Source of the DNA: Candidatus Thorarchaeota archaeon
GTDB lineage: Archaea; Asgardarchaeota; Thorarchaeia; Thorarchaeales; Thorarchaeaceae
Reading direction: 5' to 3'
DNA length: 42,838 nt
Assembly: GCA_048884925.1 (NCBI GenBank)
Contig: JBHLQK010000003.1
Location: 1 to 42,838, forward strand
In this document: positions 9,653 to 18,268 of the stretch, piece by piece
How positions within the stretch are numbered: position 1 is the first letter of the stretch
How the letters are laid out: each line of letters opens with the position of its first letter
Position numbers and translations under genes: made by a program
Notes under the pieces: generated by a model
The model's input: only the letters and a program-made list of their open reading frames with translations
Databases searched by the model: none
Told to the model about the DNA's origin: nothing

Positions 9653-10010
9653 CTCGACGTGTGAGATTAGTATCCCAGCCATATGTGTAATTGGGTATTA
9701 TAGATGTTTGATAGAGATTTGATGAATAGGAATTCTTCTCGTTGACTTTAGCTATTGTGATGAAGCCTGAGAATGCCCTTATGAAATAGAACCGGTCTAT
9801 TCACAGATTCATGAAACTATTCACGGATTGAAAGAGGACTAAGTTCGCAAAGCTGGACTGAACTTGTTACTTCATAGTGTAACTTTTATCAGGATTGGGA
9901 ACAGGACCAATTTGCATACCACCAATGATAGATGAGAATGGTCTAGTCAAAAGCCACTCTTTATTCTAGAAGTACTCGAGCGAATTCCAAGTTAAATCTC
10001 GAAAGGAATT

Positions 10011-10712
10011 ATGAAGCAAATGCAACAGCTTATTGAGTTGACCCAGATAGGAGCAGCGCTAGTAACAGGATTGTATATTGCAACCTCGCCCTGCATCTTC
10101 CCACTTCTGCCATTATTCCTCATCAGAAGTCTTGGATCGGATGATAGTAGGCTCAGAAGTGTAATCGTGACAATAGCGCTATCAGCAGGTATATTGAGCT
10201 CACTTGCCATATACCTTGCAATATCTAGTCTGATTGGCCTATTCATAATCCAGCATTATACAGCCCTCCAAGCCTTGCTTGGTGCAATTGTGATATTTCT
10301 TGGAGTTGTGACCCTTTCATCCAAACTCAAAGAAAAGCTGCGATTCACCTCACTCAGCATTGGAAGTCAACCAGAGAAACCGACTGGATTACTGGGCGTC
10401 TTTCTTATAGGACTCGGCTACTCTCTTTTAGCGGCGCCATGCTCTGGTCCCGCAATACTTGGGCTGTTTGTACTCTTTGGAACACAAACAGAACCTCTTG
10501 TGATAGTGGTAATGTTCATTCTATTATCGATAGTCGTGATGATACCTTATCTAGCGATAGCATTGGTAACAGGAGAGGCCAGGACTAGAATAGCAATGCA
10601 GATTGCGAATTCGGCAAAGACTCTGGAGTATTTGGTTGGCAGCCTACTTATTATCATAGGGATTATCTTGATGTATCCATGGCTTAGATTTGTCATATCA
10701 ACTTGGATTTAG
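10011..10712 (+). CDS. ccdA: CcdA/DsbD-type transmembrane electron transporter
   Basis: Six TM helices with two Pro-Cys motifs, SPCIFPLLP and AAPCSGP. Confidence 0.8.
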   Translation: MKQMQQLIELTQIGAALVTGLYIATSPCIFPLLPLFLIRSLGSDDSRLRSVIVTIALSAGILSSLAIYLAISSLIGLFIIQHYTALQALLGAIVIFLGVVTLSSKLKEKLRFTSLSIGSQPEKPTGLLGVFLIGLGYSLLAAPCSGPAILGLFVLFGTQTEPLVIVVMFILLSIVVMIPYLAIALVTGEARTRIAMQIANSAKTLEYLVGSLLIIIGIILMYPWLRFVISTWI

Positions 10713-10725
10713 GTGGTGAATCAAA

Positions 10726-11166
10726 ATGAAACTAACATCCAACCAGCTCCTGCAGCTTTTAGATAGGATACATGCAGGAGTTGTTGTTATTGACAATGAC
10801 AATAAGATAGTCGTTTTCAATGAGCTCGCAGGGAAAATGCTTAACCAAGACGGACAGACTCGGATTGGAACGTCACTCCTTCTATGCCATCCTGAGAGGG
10901 CTGAGCCAGGCGTGCTGAAGATGATAGACCAGATGAAGACTGGCGAACTAGATGAGTATGAGGGTTGGGTGAATTTTGCGGGGAGAATCCTCTACGAATA
11001 CATCTACCCACTCCGGAATGATGATGGCAGCTATGTTGGAGCTGTTACAGAGCTACATGATGGGAAAGAGAAAGCCGAGTATCTCAAAACAAAAGGGGAA
11101 TTTCAAATGCCTGATATGCATGGACTGGGCGAAAGCTCACCCCGGAGTCCTCATACAGAAGGCTAG
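10726..11166 (+). CDS. standalone PAS-domain protein
   Basis: GVVVIDNDNKIVVFN..A, IG.SLL.CHP, YPLRNDDGSYVGAV. Confidence 0.8.
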   Translation: MKLTSNQLLQLLDRIHAGVVVIDNDNKIVVFNELAGKMLNQDGQTRIGTSLLLCHPERAEPGVLKMIDQMKTGELDEYEGWVNFAGRILYEYIYPLRNDDGSYVGAVTELHDGKEKAEYLKTKGEFQMPDMHGLGESSPRSPHTEG

Positions 11167-11234
11167 TTGCCTGTTTCAAATCAGAGGGGAGGAGGAAACG
11201 GAGCAGCACTCCGAATCCTCTCCATAGTGCAATA

Positions 11235-12092
11235 TCAATCTCTCCAGTCGAAAGAGTCAATGCCGCCCCATCTACTCCTTCCGATCAAGCCACCAATGAC
11301 AGCCATTAGGATTATGGATAATACAACCACAGCAAAGTTCTGGTAGTCATTGAAGCCTGAAGCGAAGAAATAGAACCAGACTATTAGCAAAACCAGCCAT
11401 ACAAAGCCTATGCCTGGACCCAGCCATCTTGGGAGAGGTTCCATATCTGCTTCTGTAACAGAAACACCAATTGCCACGATATACATTACCAATGTGGCTA
11501 CGAGGCCTATCGTGATGTTGAAGTAGAGGTCATAGCCTGCTGCATAGAACCAAAGCCAGAGGATTAGAAACGCTAGGTACGCAAACAGAGTAACCAAGCC
11601 CAATGCGGCTCGTCCTCTGAAAGCCATAAATGCTTCTCGAGGGATCTGCGTCATCCAGGGACCGCCTGTAAGAGCAATCAGAAATCCCACTGACAGAAGC
11701 ATGGCTGCGAAGTTCTGGTAGCCGCTATAGTATGCTGCATAAAAGGGCCACCAAAGCACTATGAAAATCAACCAGCCTATTCCTACAATAATCGAGAGCC
11801 TTATCCTCCATTGTGAGGGGGCCCACATCAGAGCGTTCACCAGACCTATGAATAGGAATGAGGCTCCTAGCACGGCAACATTCTCCCAGAATGTATATCC
11901 TGTTCCAGCAAAGAAGAACAGCCAAATCGTTGCGAAGGCAACCCAGACAACAAAAGTCGCAGCTGATGCGTTCGACTTCCTTCTTGTCCCTGACCAGCCA
12001 GAACGTCTTGGACGACCTTTTCCTGGTGGAATGCTTTCCTCGTCCTCAGGAGCCTCTACAGGCTCCTCTTCGTTATCATTTGAATAATCCAA
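11235..12092 (-). CDS. 8-TM membrane protein with four internal repeats
   Basis: Four copies of W-x2-F-[FY]-A-x2-[YF]-x2-[YW]-x-N-x-A; acidic/basic disordered N-terminus. Confidence 0.75.
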   Translation of the reverse strand: MDYSNDNEEEPVEAPEDEESIPPGKGRPRRSGWSGTRRKSNASAATFVVWVAFATIWLFFFAGTGYTFWENVAVLGASFLFIGLVNALMWAPSQWRIRLSIIVGIGWLIFIVLWWPFYAAYYSGYQNFAAMLLSVGFLIALTGGPWMTQIPREAFMAFRGRAALGLVTLFAYLAFLILWLWFYAAGYDLYFNITIGLVATLVMYIVAIGVSVTEADMEPLPRWLGPGIGFVWLVLLIVWFYFFASGFNDYQNFAVVVLSIILMAVIGGLIGRSRWGGIDSFDWRD

Positions 12093-12246
12093 TAACAGTC
12101 CTCCACTGAATGCGAAACGAACTATCTAAGCTGGGTTCATTATAGTTAATAAACCTGTTCACTGACTCCCTTAAGGAGCTTAGCAAAATACCTTAATGTG
12201 CCAGATGACATTCGTAACCATTCCATTATAGATAGGATGAAAAAGT

Positions 12247-12498
12247 ATGGCAGACGTAGATGATAACCAGGAAAATGTAGCGATATGTAGGAAGTTCTGC
12301 GGACCATGTCCCTCATTCAGCTCTAATGGCCTGAACAAGCTCCCGCCAAATATGATCTTCTGTGCCAGAGGAGCTTCAAAAAAGCCAAAGGACCAAATCA
12401 AGGACAAAGGTTGTTTCTGTCCTGGCTGCGGCATCTTCAAGAACTATGACCTATCTGGTGGCTGGTTCTGTATATATGGCAAGGAAGGAAGAAAGTAG
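12247..12498 (+). CDS. DUF2769-like small Cys-rich protein
   Basis: C..FC..CPSF, FCARG.S, GCFCPGC.IF..Y.L...WFC..G. Confidence 0.75.
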   Translation: MADVDDNQENVAICRKFCGPCPSFSSNGLNKLPPNMIFCARGASKKPKDQIKDKGCFCPGCGIFKNYDLSGGWFCIYGKEGRK

Positions 12499-12636
12499 TT
12501 CTTCATGAATATATCCACATGATAGGCGCCATCTATGCATGACTGAGCCCACCCATAATTCACTATTTTGTGAATGACACATGGCAATGCTTAAGATAGG
12601 GCTGCAGGTGGCGCTGCAGCAGCGAGTGGACATTTG

Positions 12637-12918
12637 ATGGCCTATTGTGTAATGGTCCATGGACCATGCAGAGGCAAGATGTGTGATTTCTGGGCCAGAG
12701 TAAAGCTCAGGAAGACGACTCTTGAGGAGCTTGCTCGTGACATTCTTATCAGCATAAGTGAGTGTAACAACCCAGGTCACACCAACTTGGATGACGCTCT
12801 GGATGATTATTGGACAGACTTCGGTGTGAAGGATATTTGGCGGTTCTGTGAGGAGGAACCAAGCCTTTGCTCCAAGATGAAACTTGTGAATGCTCAGGTG
12901 AAGATGCTAATGAACTAA
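12637..12918 (+). CDS. small Cys-rich hypothetical protein
   Basis: N-terminal C-x6-C-x4-C-DFW and C-terminal C-x6-C; TATA-like CTTAAG upstream; 4-nt convergent overlap with next gene. Confidence 0.55.
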   Translation: MAYCVMVHGPCRGKMCDFWARVKLRKTTLEELARDILISISECNNPGHTNLDDALDDYWTDFGVKDIWRFCEEEPSLCSKMKLVNAQVKMLMN

Positions 12919-14564
12919 GCAAACTCTGGAGGCACCGGAATCATATTATCACGATTCAGCAGCCATTCTGGATCAAGAGCCTTCTTGACCGCTTGCATCT
13001 CTTTGATTCCATCATCTCCATACATAACTTCTAGGAATGCACGCTTCAGTTTGCCTATGCCATGCTCCGCGGCAACAGTACCGCCCAACTCTACTGCTCG
13101 TTTGGCGAAGGTCATGTAGTTATCCATGCCTTGATGGACCTCTTCGTTATTTCGTGGAAGCATGTTGACGTGGAGGTGGTTGTTCCCTATATGACCAAAA
13201 ATGACGAACTCCATTCCCTGAGCCTCAAGGGTTTCCCTGTAAAACTTGAGATAATCCCGTAATGCATCATCAGGCACAGCCATATCAGTGCCAATCTTGT
13301 GGACCTCATGGTACTGAGCCTTCCTCATGGCAATTGTCGCATTGACAGTTTCAGGCACAAAGTGACGGACTGTCTTCATCTTCTGAAGCTCTGAGCGATC
13401 CATTCCAGCCCAGCTTGACTCGGAAGAGGTGTTGTGCTTGTTCAGGATTTCTTCAAGCCCCATAACCATATCTTCCATGGTTTCATCAGTATAGGAAAAC
13501 TCGAAGAACACAATGGCCTTGGTGTCATCACCCAGTGCGGGAACAGTGATGCCTGAGGATGCCGCCCTTTCCTTAATCATCTCAAGTGCATTAGGATCAA
13601 AATACTCCAAGAAGTTCATGGGAACAGGAGAGTCTGAAGCACGGATATCATAAACGAAGTTTACTGCGTCCTCCTCGCTCTTGAAAAAGGCCATCACTGT
13701 CATCATCTCATCGGGCATCTTGTTTAGTCCAAGTTCCACCTCGGTTATCACGCCCAAGATACCCTCAGAGCCGATGAAGAGATCGATGAGATCCATGTCA
13801 GTCTTGGCAAATAAACCAGCAGCGTTTTTGGTTTCAGGCATCTTGTAGGATGGGACCTGAACCTCGACTACATTTCCATCGCTGAGGACTATCTCAAACT
13901 TCCCATCTTTAGCAAAGACCCTGCCACGTTCGATGTCCAAGATGTCCCCGTTCATCAGAACAACCTGAATTCTGAATACCCAATCACGCACAGCACCAAA
14001 CTTCAATGTCCTAGCACCAGATGCATTGCAGGCGACAATCCCTCCCAGCCATGCGCTCATCTCCGTGGGATCAACAGGGAAAGTAAAGCTATCGGATTCG
14101 CTCTGAAACCGGTCTAACGCCTTTTGTTGGTTAGGAGTTCCCTTTCCCTTGATTGCATCAAGGCTCTTTGATTGCACTGCGGCTACCAGGTCTTCCAGAA
14201 GTACACCAGCTTGGCCAGCGATTGAATAGAGGTCATAATCAGCTGAATAATCCATGTAGAGCAACTCTGTCATTTTTTCCAGGTTCAGAATAATCCCACC
14301 AAGTGGGACGGCCCCTCCAGTGAGACCCGTACGCCCGCCTTGTATAGTGACAGGGGTGCCATTCTCAAAAGCCTCCCTTAGGATTGCGGCCACCTGGTCC
14401 ACTGATGTCGGAAAGAGTATTTTCTCAGCCTCTCCATCAAATGAGTGGCTCTCGTCGTCTAGATAGAGCGCGTAGGTGTCTGTTATCTCAGCCTGGTCTG
14501 CAACGACCTTCATGTTGGTAAGGTCAGCACTGCCAGGTGCTTGTGCCTTGATCTGATTTGTCAT
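12915..14564 (-). CDS. FAD-linked oxidoreductase (GlcD/D-lactate dehydrogenase family)
   Basis: QGGRTGLTGGAVP, PVDPT, ACNASG, FIGSEGILGVIT, FGHIGNNHLH, AAEHGIGKLK, KKALDP. Confidence 0.9.
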   Translation of the reverse strand: MTNQIKAQAPGSADLTNMKVVADQAEITDTYALYLDDESHSFDGEAEKILFPTSVDQVAAILREAFENGTPVTIQGGRTGLTGGAVPLGGIILNLEKMTELLYMDYSADYDLYSIAGQAGVLLEDLVAAVQSKSLDAIKGKGTPNQQKALDRFQSESDSFTFPVDPTEMSAWLGGIVACNASGARTLKFGAVRDWVFRIQVVLMNGDILDIERGRVFAKDGKFEIVLSDGNVVEVQVPSYKMPETKNAAGLFAKTDMDLIDLFIGSEGILGVITEVELGLNKMPDEMMTVMAFFKSEEDAVNFVYDIRASDSPVPMNFLEYFDPNALEMIKERAASSGITVPALGDDTKAIVFFEFSYTDETMEDMVMGLEEILNKHNTSSESSWAGMDRSELQKMKTVRHFVPETVNATIAMRKAQYHEVHKIGTDMAVPDDALRDYLKFYRETLEAQGMEFVIFGHIGNNHLHVNMLPRNNEEVHQGMDNYMTFAKRAVELGGTVAAEHGIGKLKRAFLEVMYGDDGIKEMQAVKKALDPEWLLNRDNMIPVPPEFA

Positions 14565-14766
14565 GTTGCGATTCCTCTAGCAACTGATTGAGTTGGGCCT
14601 AGTAGATACTCAATATCAAGGATTTGGTTTGTGATATGTAAGAAGAAGTCTAATGAGGAATCTCTACAGGAGGTCAATTCTCTGCGACACATTAATGAGT
14701 AAGACAATGCAAAATGCATCTGCCACGTGTCCTGATTGAGTAACAGTAGGAGACAGAAACAGCAAG

Positions 14767-16155
14767 ATGCAATCCGTGAAGAGAATCGGTCCAGGGGAAG
14801 TTGCTGCGATTGCCGCTGCTATAATGACCATAGTCTCCATTGTTTTGGTAACAACGGGTCAAGACATAGGCATGGCAATTCTGGTCATATTCATTGGCAC
14901 GTATGCAATAATTAGCAGTGAGAAGGTGAATAGAACAGCCATGTCGCTTCTGGGCATGGCATTAGTTGGCGTTATACTCTGGATTGGTTCAAGTCCCGAC
15001 GAGAGTATATTCGAGGAACTCATCGTTCATATCGAATGGACCACGATAATCTTCGTTATTGCAATGAGCGTAATCGTTTCTGTTGCAGCATCATCAGGAT
15101 TGTTCCAGTATATTGCACTTAGGATTGCCAAGCCAAGTGGGGGTGATCACAAGAATCTGTTCATAACGTTCCTGGTTTTCGTTGCAGGAATCAGCCTCTT
15201 TTTCGATACTGTGTCAACCATGTTGATTATAGCCCCTCTTACAATAGAGATTTGTAAAGCTCTTGAAATCGACTTTAAGCCGTTTCTAATATCTGAGGCT
15301 ATTGTCTGCAATTTTTCTTCTATACCATCGATTGTAGGAGCTGTGCCAAATCTGGTGATAGCAGGTGAAACTGGTTTAGATGTGGGATTTCTCTTTTTGA
15401 CATTCATGCCCCTCTCGATAATCCTGTTTCTAGTCAGCCTTCCCATTCTTCTCAAATGGTATGGAAAGACATTCGGCACAACAGATGAGTATAGAGTCGA
15501 TGTTGTTTTCTCCATAGCCCCAACTACAATGATTAAGGATAGATGGGACTTCAATATCTCAGCAGTCGCAATCATATTCCTCGTAATTGGCTTCGCGCTA
15601 GGACCGTCATACGGAATTGTGCCCCCAATGACAGCTCTACTTGTCGCGTCCTTCATGCTCCTTCTTGCTCACGAGAAGGCAAATGAGTTCCTGAACCGGA
15701 TAGGGTGGCCTACGGTATTCTTCCTTGTCGGGCTATTCGGGCTGGTTGTCGCTCTTGAGCTCACTGGACTGATAGATGCACTCGGAGATGTTGTAGGAGC
15801 TATTGTCGGAGATAATGCTACCTTTGCCACTGTGTTTCTTGTATGGATACCAGCCATGCTTTCTGCATTCTTGGACAACCTACCAGTTTCAGCTGTTTTG
15901 GCTCCTATTGCTCGAGATTTCGCAGTTGTGAGTCCAGTCATACCTCTGGCGCTTGTCTTCGCTGTGAATATAGGAGGCTACATTTTCACTCCATTGGGTT
16001 CTCCAGCCAACATGGTTGCGATTGGATTATCGGAAGCTGAACACAACCCAATCCCCTTCATTGAGTTTGTGAAAATTGGTACATTACTTGGAATGATTCA
16101 CCTCGCCATTGGCAGTGGGTATTTGTTGCTGATAATGGCCCTCCTAGGAGGATAA
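14767..16155 (+). CDS. ArsB/NhaD/SLC13-type (IT superfamily) ion permease
   Basis: SEKVNRT, SLFFDTV, SIVGAVPN, SAFLDNLP, NIGG..TPLGSPAN; about 12 TM helices. Confidence 0.85.
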   Translation: MQSVKRIGPGEVAAIAAAIMTIVSIVLVTTGQDIGMAILVIFIGTYAIISSEKVNRTAMSLLGMALVGVILWIGSSPDESIFEELIVHIEWTTIIFVIAMSVIVSVAASSGLFQYIALRIAKPSGGDHKNLFITFLVFVAGISLFFDTVSTMLIIAPLTIEICKALEIDFKPFLISEAIVCNFSSIPSIVGAVPNLVIAGETGLDVGFLFLTFMPLSIILFLVSLPILLKWYGKTFGTTDEYRVDVVFSIAPTTMIKDRWDFNISAVAIIFLVIGFALGPSYGIVPPMTALLVASFMLLLAHEKANEFLNRIGWPTVFFLVGLFGLVVALELTGLIDALGDVVGAIVGDNATFATVFLVWIPAMLSAFLDNLPVSAVLAPIARDFAVVSPVIPLALVFAVNIGGYIFTPLGSPANMVAIGLSEAEHNPIPFIEFVKIGTLLGMIHLAIGSGYLLLIMALLGG

Positions 16156-16281
16156 TTGGGTGAAACGGCGCTTCACAGAAGTAAGGTGGGACTTCAATAA
16201 GGATTCCAGCCGGGTGTAGCATAGATATGATTATTGGGTAGTCACGTAGGCGAAAGTAACCCTGACGAGAGGTGAAACGAA

Positions 16282-17556
16282 TTGATTGCAGAGATTATAC
16301 TTGCAATTTTTGTGATCACCTACGTCGCCATATCGTCAGAGAAAGTGAATAGAACTGCGACAGCGCTTTTGGGAATGGGTGCTGTAGGGATTGCACTCTG
16401 GGCAACAGGTACGGCTGAGTTCCGTGAAGTAGCAGATCGTATTGAGTGGACAACCATACTCTTTGTTACTTCCATGTTTATCATAGTCACCATCGCAGCT
16501 TCATCTGGCATGTTTCAATATCTAGCATTGGAACTCACAAGACGTACTGAAGGCGACACAAAACGCCTCTTTGTTTCTCTACTTGCCTTTGTGTTTGTCA
16601 TTTCTCTATTCTTTGACACCACATCTACAATGCTCATCATGGGACCACTTACAATAGAGATATGCAAAGCTCTCGAAATCGATTTCCGGCCTTTCCTAAT
16701 ATCGGAAGCAATCACCTGCAATTTTGCATCGACCCCTTCAATAGTTGGCGCAGTGCCGAATCTACTCGTGGCTGAGGAAGCAGGTGTCGATCCGGGACTC
16801 CTATTTGAATCATTGATGCCTCTCTCAGTGATTCTCTTTGTGGTGTCTGTGCCATTACTTCTTAGATTCTTTAGAGACCAACTCAAACCCACTGAGGAGT
16901 ATCTTGTATCTCAAATGATGCTCATAAGTCCTCAATACATGATTCGCTCGCGAACTGATTTTTACCTCTCCATAATCGCAATGTTCATACTTGTACTCGG
17001 GTTTACTCTCGGCCCTGTTTATGACTTACAACCTGCAGTAATCGCGATTACAGTAGCGGCGGGTCTCTTGATACTTGCCCGTGAATGGGTTGATGAGATT
17101 CTTAAGCGTGTAAACTGGGGGACCATCTTCTTCCTTATAGGACTGTTTGGGCTAATCGCAGCACTGGATGTAACAGGCATCATAATTGGATTGGGGGAGG
17201 CTATTGGAGGCTTGATACAAGGAAATGTCTTGTTTGGAATAGTCTTCATGATATGGGTGCCAGCACTTCTATCCGCTGTTATTGATAACATACCGGTTTC
17301 AGCTGTATTGGCACCCATTGCTGCGCAATTCGCAGCAATTAGTCCTCTTCTGTCCATTGCTCTTATATTCGCGGTCAATGTCGGAGGATTCCTACTTCCT
17401 ATTGGGTCTCCAGCTAATATCTTAGCATTGGCTTTTTCAGAGAAAGAACACAAACCAATCAGAATGGTCGATTTTGCAAAGGTCGCCACACCCCTAGGAT
17501 TCTTGATGCTAGCTATCGCGACTGGATGGCTTCTCTTACTCGGAGTCCTAATCTAG
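16282..17556 (+). CDS. ArsB/NhaD/SLC13-type permease, tandem paralog
   Basis: Same motifs (SEKVNRT, FFDT, IVGAVPN, IDNIP, NVGG..PIGSPAN); GAGGTGA SD and TTG start. Confidence 0.85.
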   Translation: MIAEIILAIFVITYVAISSEKVNRTATALLGMGAVGIALWATGTAEFREVADRIEWTTILFVTSMFIIVTIAASSGMFQYLALELTRRTEGDTKRLFVSLLAFVFVISLFFDTTSTMLIMGPLTIEICKALEIDFRPFLISEAITCNFASTPSIVGAVPNLLVAEEAGVDPGLLFESLMPLSVILFVVSVPLLLRFFRDQLKPTEEYLVSQMMLISPQYMIRSRTDFYLSIIAMFILVLGFTLGPVYDLQPAVIAITVAAGLLILAREWVDEILKRVNWGTIFFLIGLFGLIAALDVTGIIIGLGEAIGGLIQGNVLFGIVFMIWVPALLSAVIDNIPVSAVLAPIAAQFAAISPLLSIALIFAVNVGGFLLPIGSPANILALAFSEKEHKPIRMVDFAKVATPLGFLMLAIATGWLLLLGVLI

Positions 17557-17561
17557 AAAGA

Positions 17562-17591
17562 GGCGGCGCCCCGCCCCCGTCTTGTGCCGCC
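17562..17591. other. GC-rich RNA hairpin (3' element or small RNA)
   Basis: GGCGGCGC-N14-GTGCCGCC, far more GC-rich than its surroundings. Confidence 0.45.
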
Positions 17592-17693
17592 GGGAGGACA
17601 GAACTCAACGGAGACTGGACACCAGATACTACATGTATGTAAAGGCTATTAGGAATATGGGTTGTGACAATCGTAACGGAGAATGAGGTTTCC

Positions 17694-18188
17694 ATGCCAA
17701 AACGTGTCCGATGTCCCCACTGTGACAGATTGTTCGGACGGGACTTAATTGATTCCCACATCCAGAAATGCAAGATTCAAGCTAAGAGAAGCCACGAAGA
17801 AACAGAACTCCGAAGAAGAAATATGGTTGTTGATGGGAATAACATTGCGTATCATCTCGCACCCAAAGGTAAGCCTAGGGCTGGTAATCTTGTATTAGCA
17901 AGACATAGCCTTGTAAGTGCTGGCTACAGGCCTATCATTGTAGTGTCACCAGCTCTGGTTCACATTGTCGACAAGCCAAATGAGCTCCGCGAATTGATTG
18001 ATTTTGGGCATGTAATTGAAGCTGCAAGGGGGATGAATGATGACCTATTCATCATTCAGACTGCAAAAAAGTCCAATGCGGACATCGTGAGTAATGACAG
18101 ATTCCTTGACTGGCAAGACAGGTATCCTTGGATTTCAAACCGGCTTAGAAGATATAGGATGACCCCTTCGGGACTGATTCTTGTCTAA
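17694..18188 (+). CDS. C2HC zinc finger + Zc3h12a/Regnase-type NYN (PIN-like) ribonuclease
   Basis: CPHC-x11-H-x3-C; VVDGNNIA, DDLFII..A, IVSNDRFLDW catalytic Asp motifs; start ATG 17694 after GAGGT. Confidence 0.8.
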   Translation: MPKRVRCPHCDRLFGRDLIDSHIQKCKIQAKRSHEETELRRRNMVVDGNNIAYHLAPKGKPRAGNLVLARHSLVSAGYRPIIVVSPALVHIVDKPNELRELIDFGHVIEAARGMNDDLFIIQTAKKSNADIVSNDRFLDWQDRYPWISNRLRRYRMTPSGLILV

Positions 18189-18268
18189 AATGGCGACCTC
18201 CAGCAAAAGCGTTAAAATCATTCAAAGAATGCCACATTGAAGCACACCAGCGGATAGGTGAACATGAG

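Noticed and set aside
9683-10010. Hidden redoxin gene upstream of ccdA
   Set aside because: Plus-strand ATG frames close quickly at TAG/TAA even allowing TGA read-through; no CxxC or CxxU
14587-14614. ATTGAGT-N14-ACTCAAT inverted repeat before the GlcD-like gene
   Set aside because: Single short AT-rich repeat with no second instance; could be chance
17557-17630. tRNA gene in the GC-rich spacer
   Set aside because: No cloverleaf and no T-loop consensus on either strand
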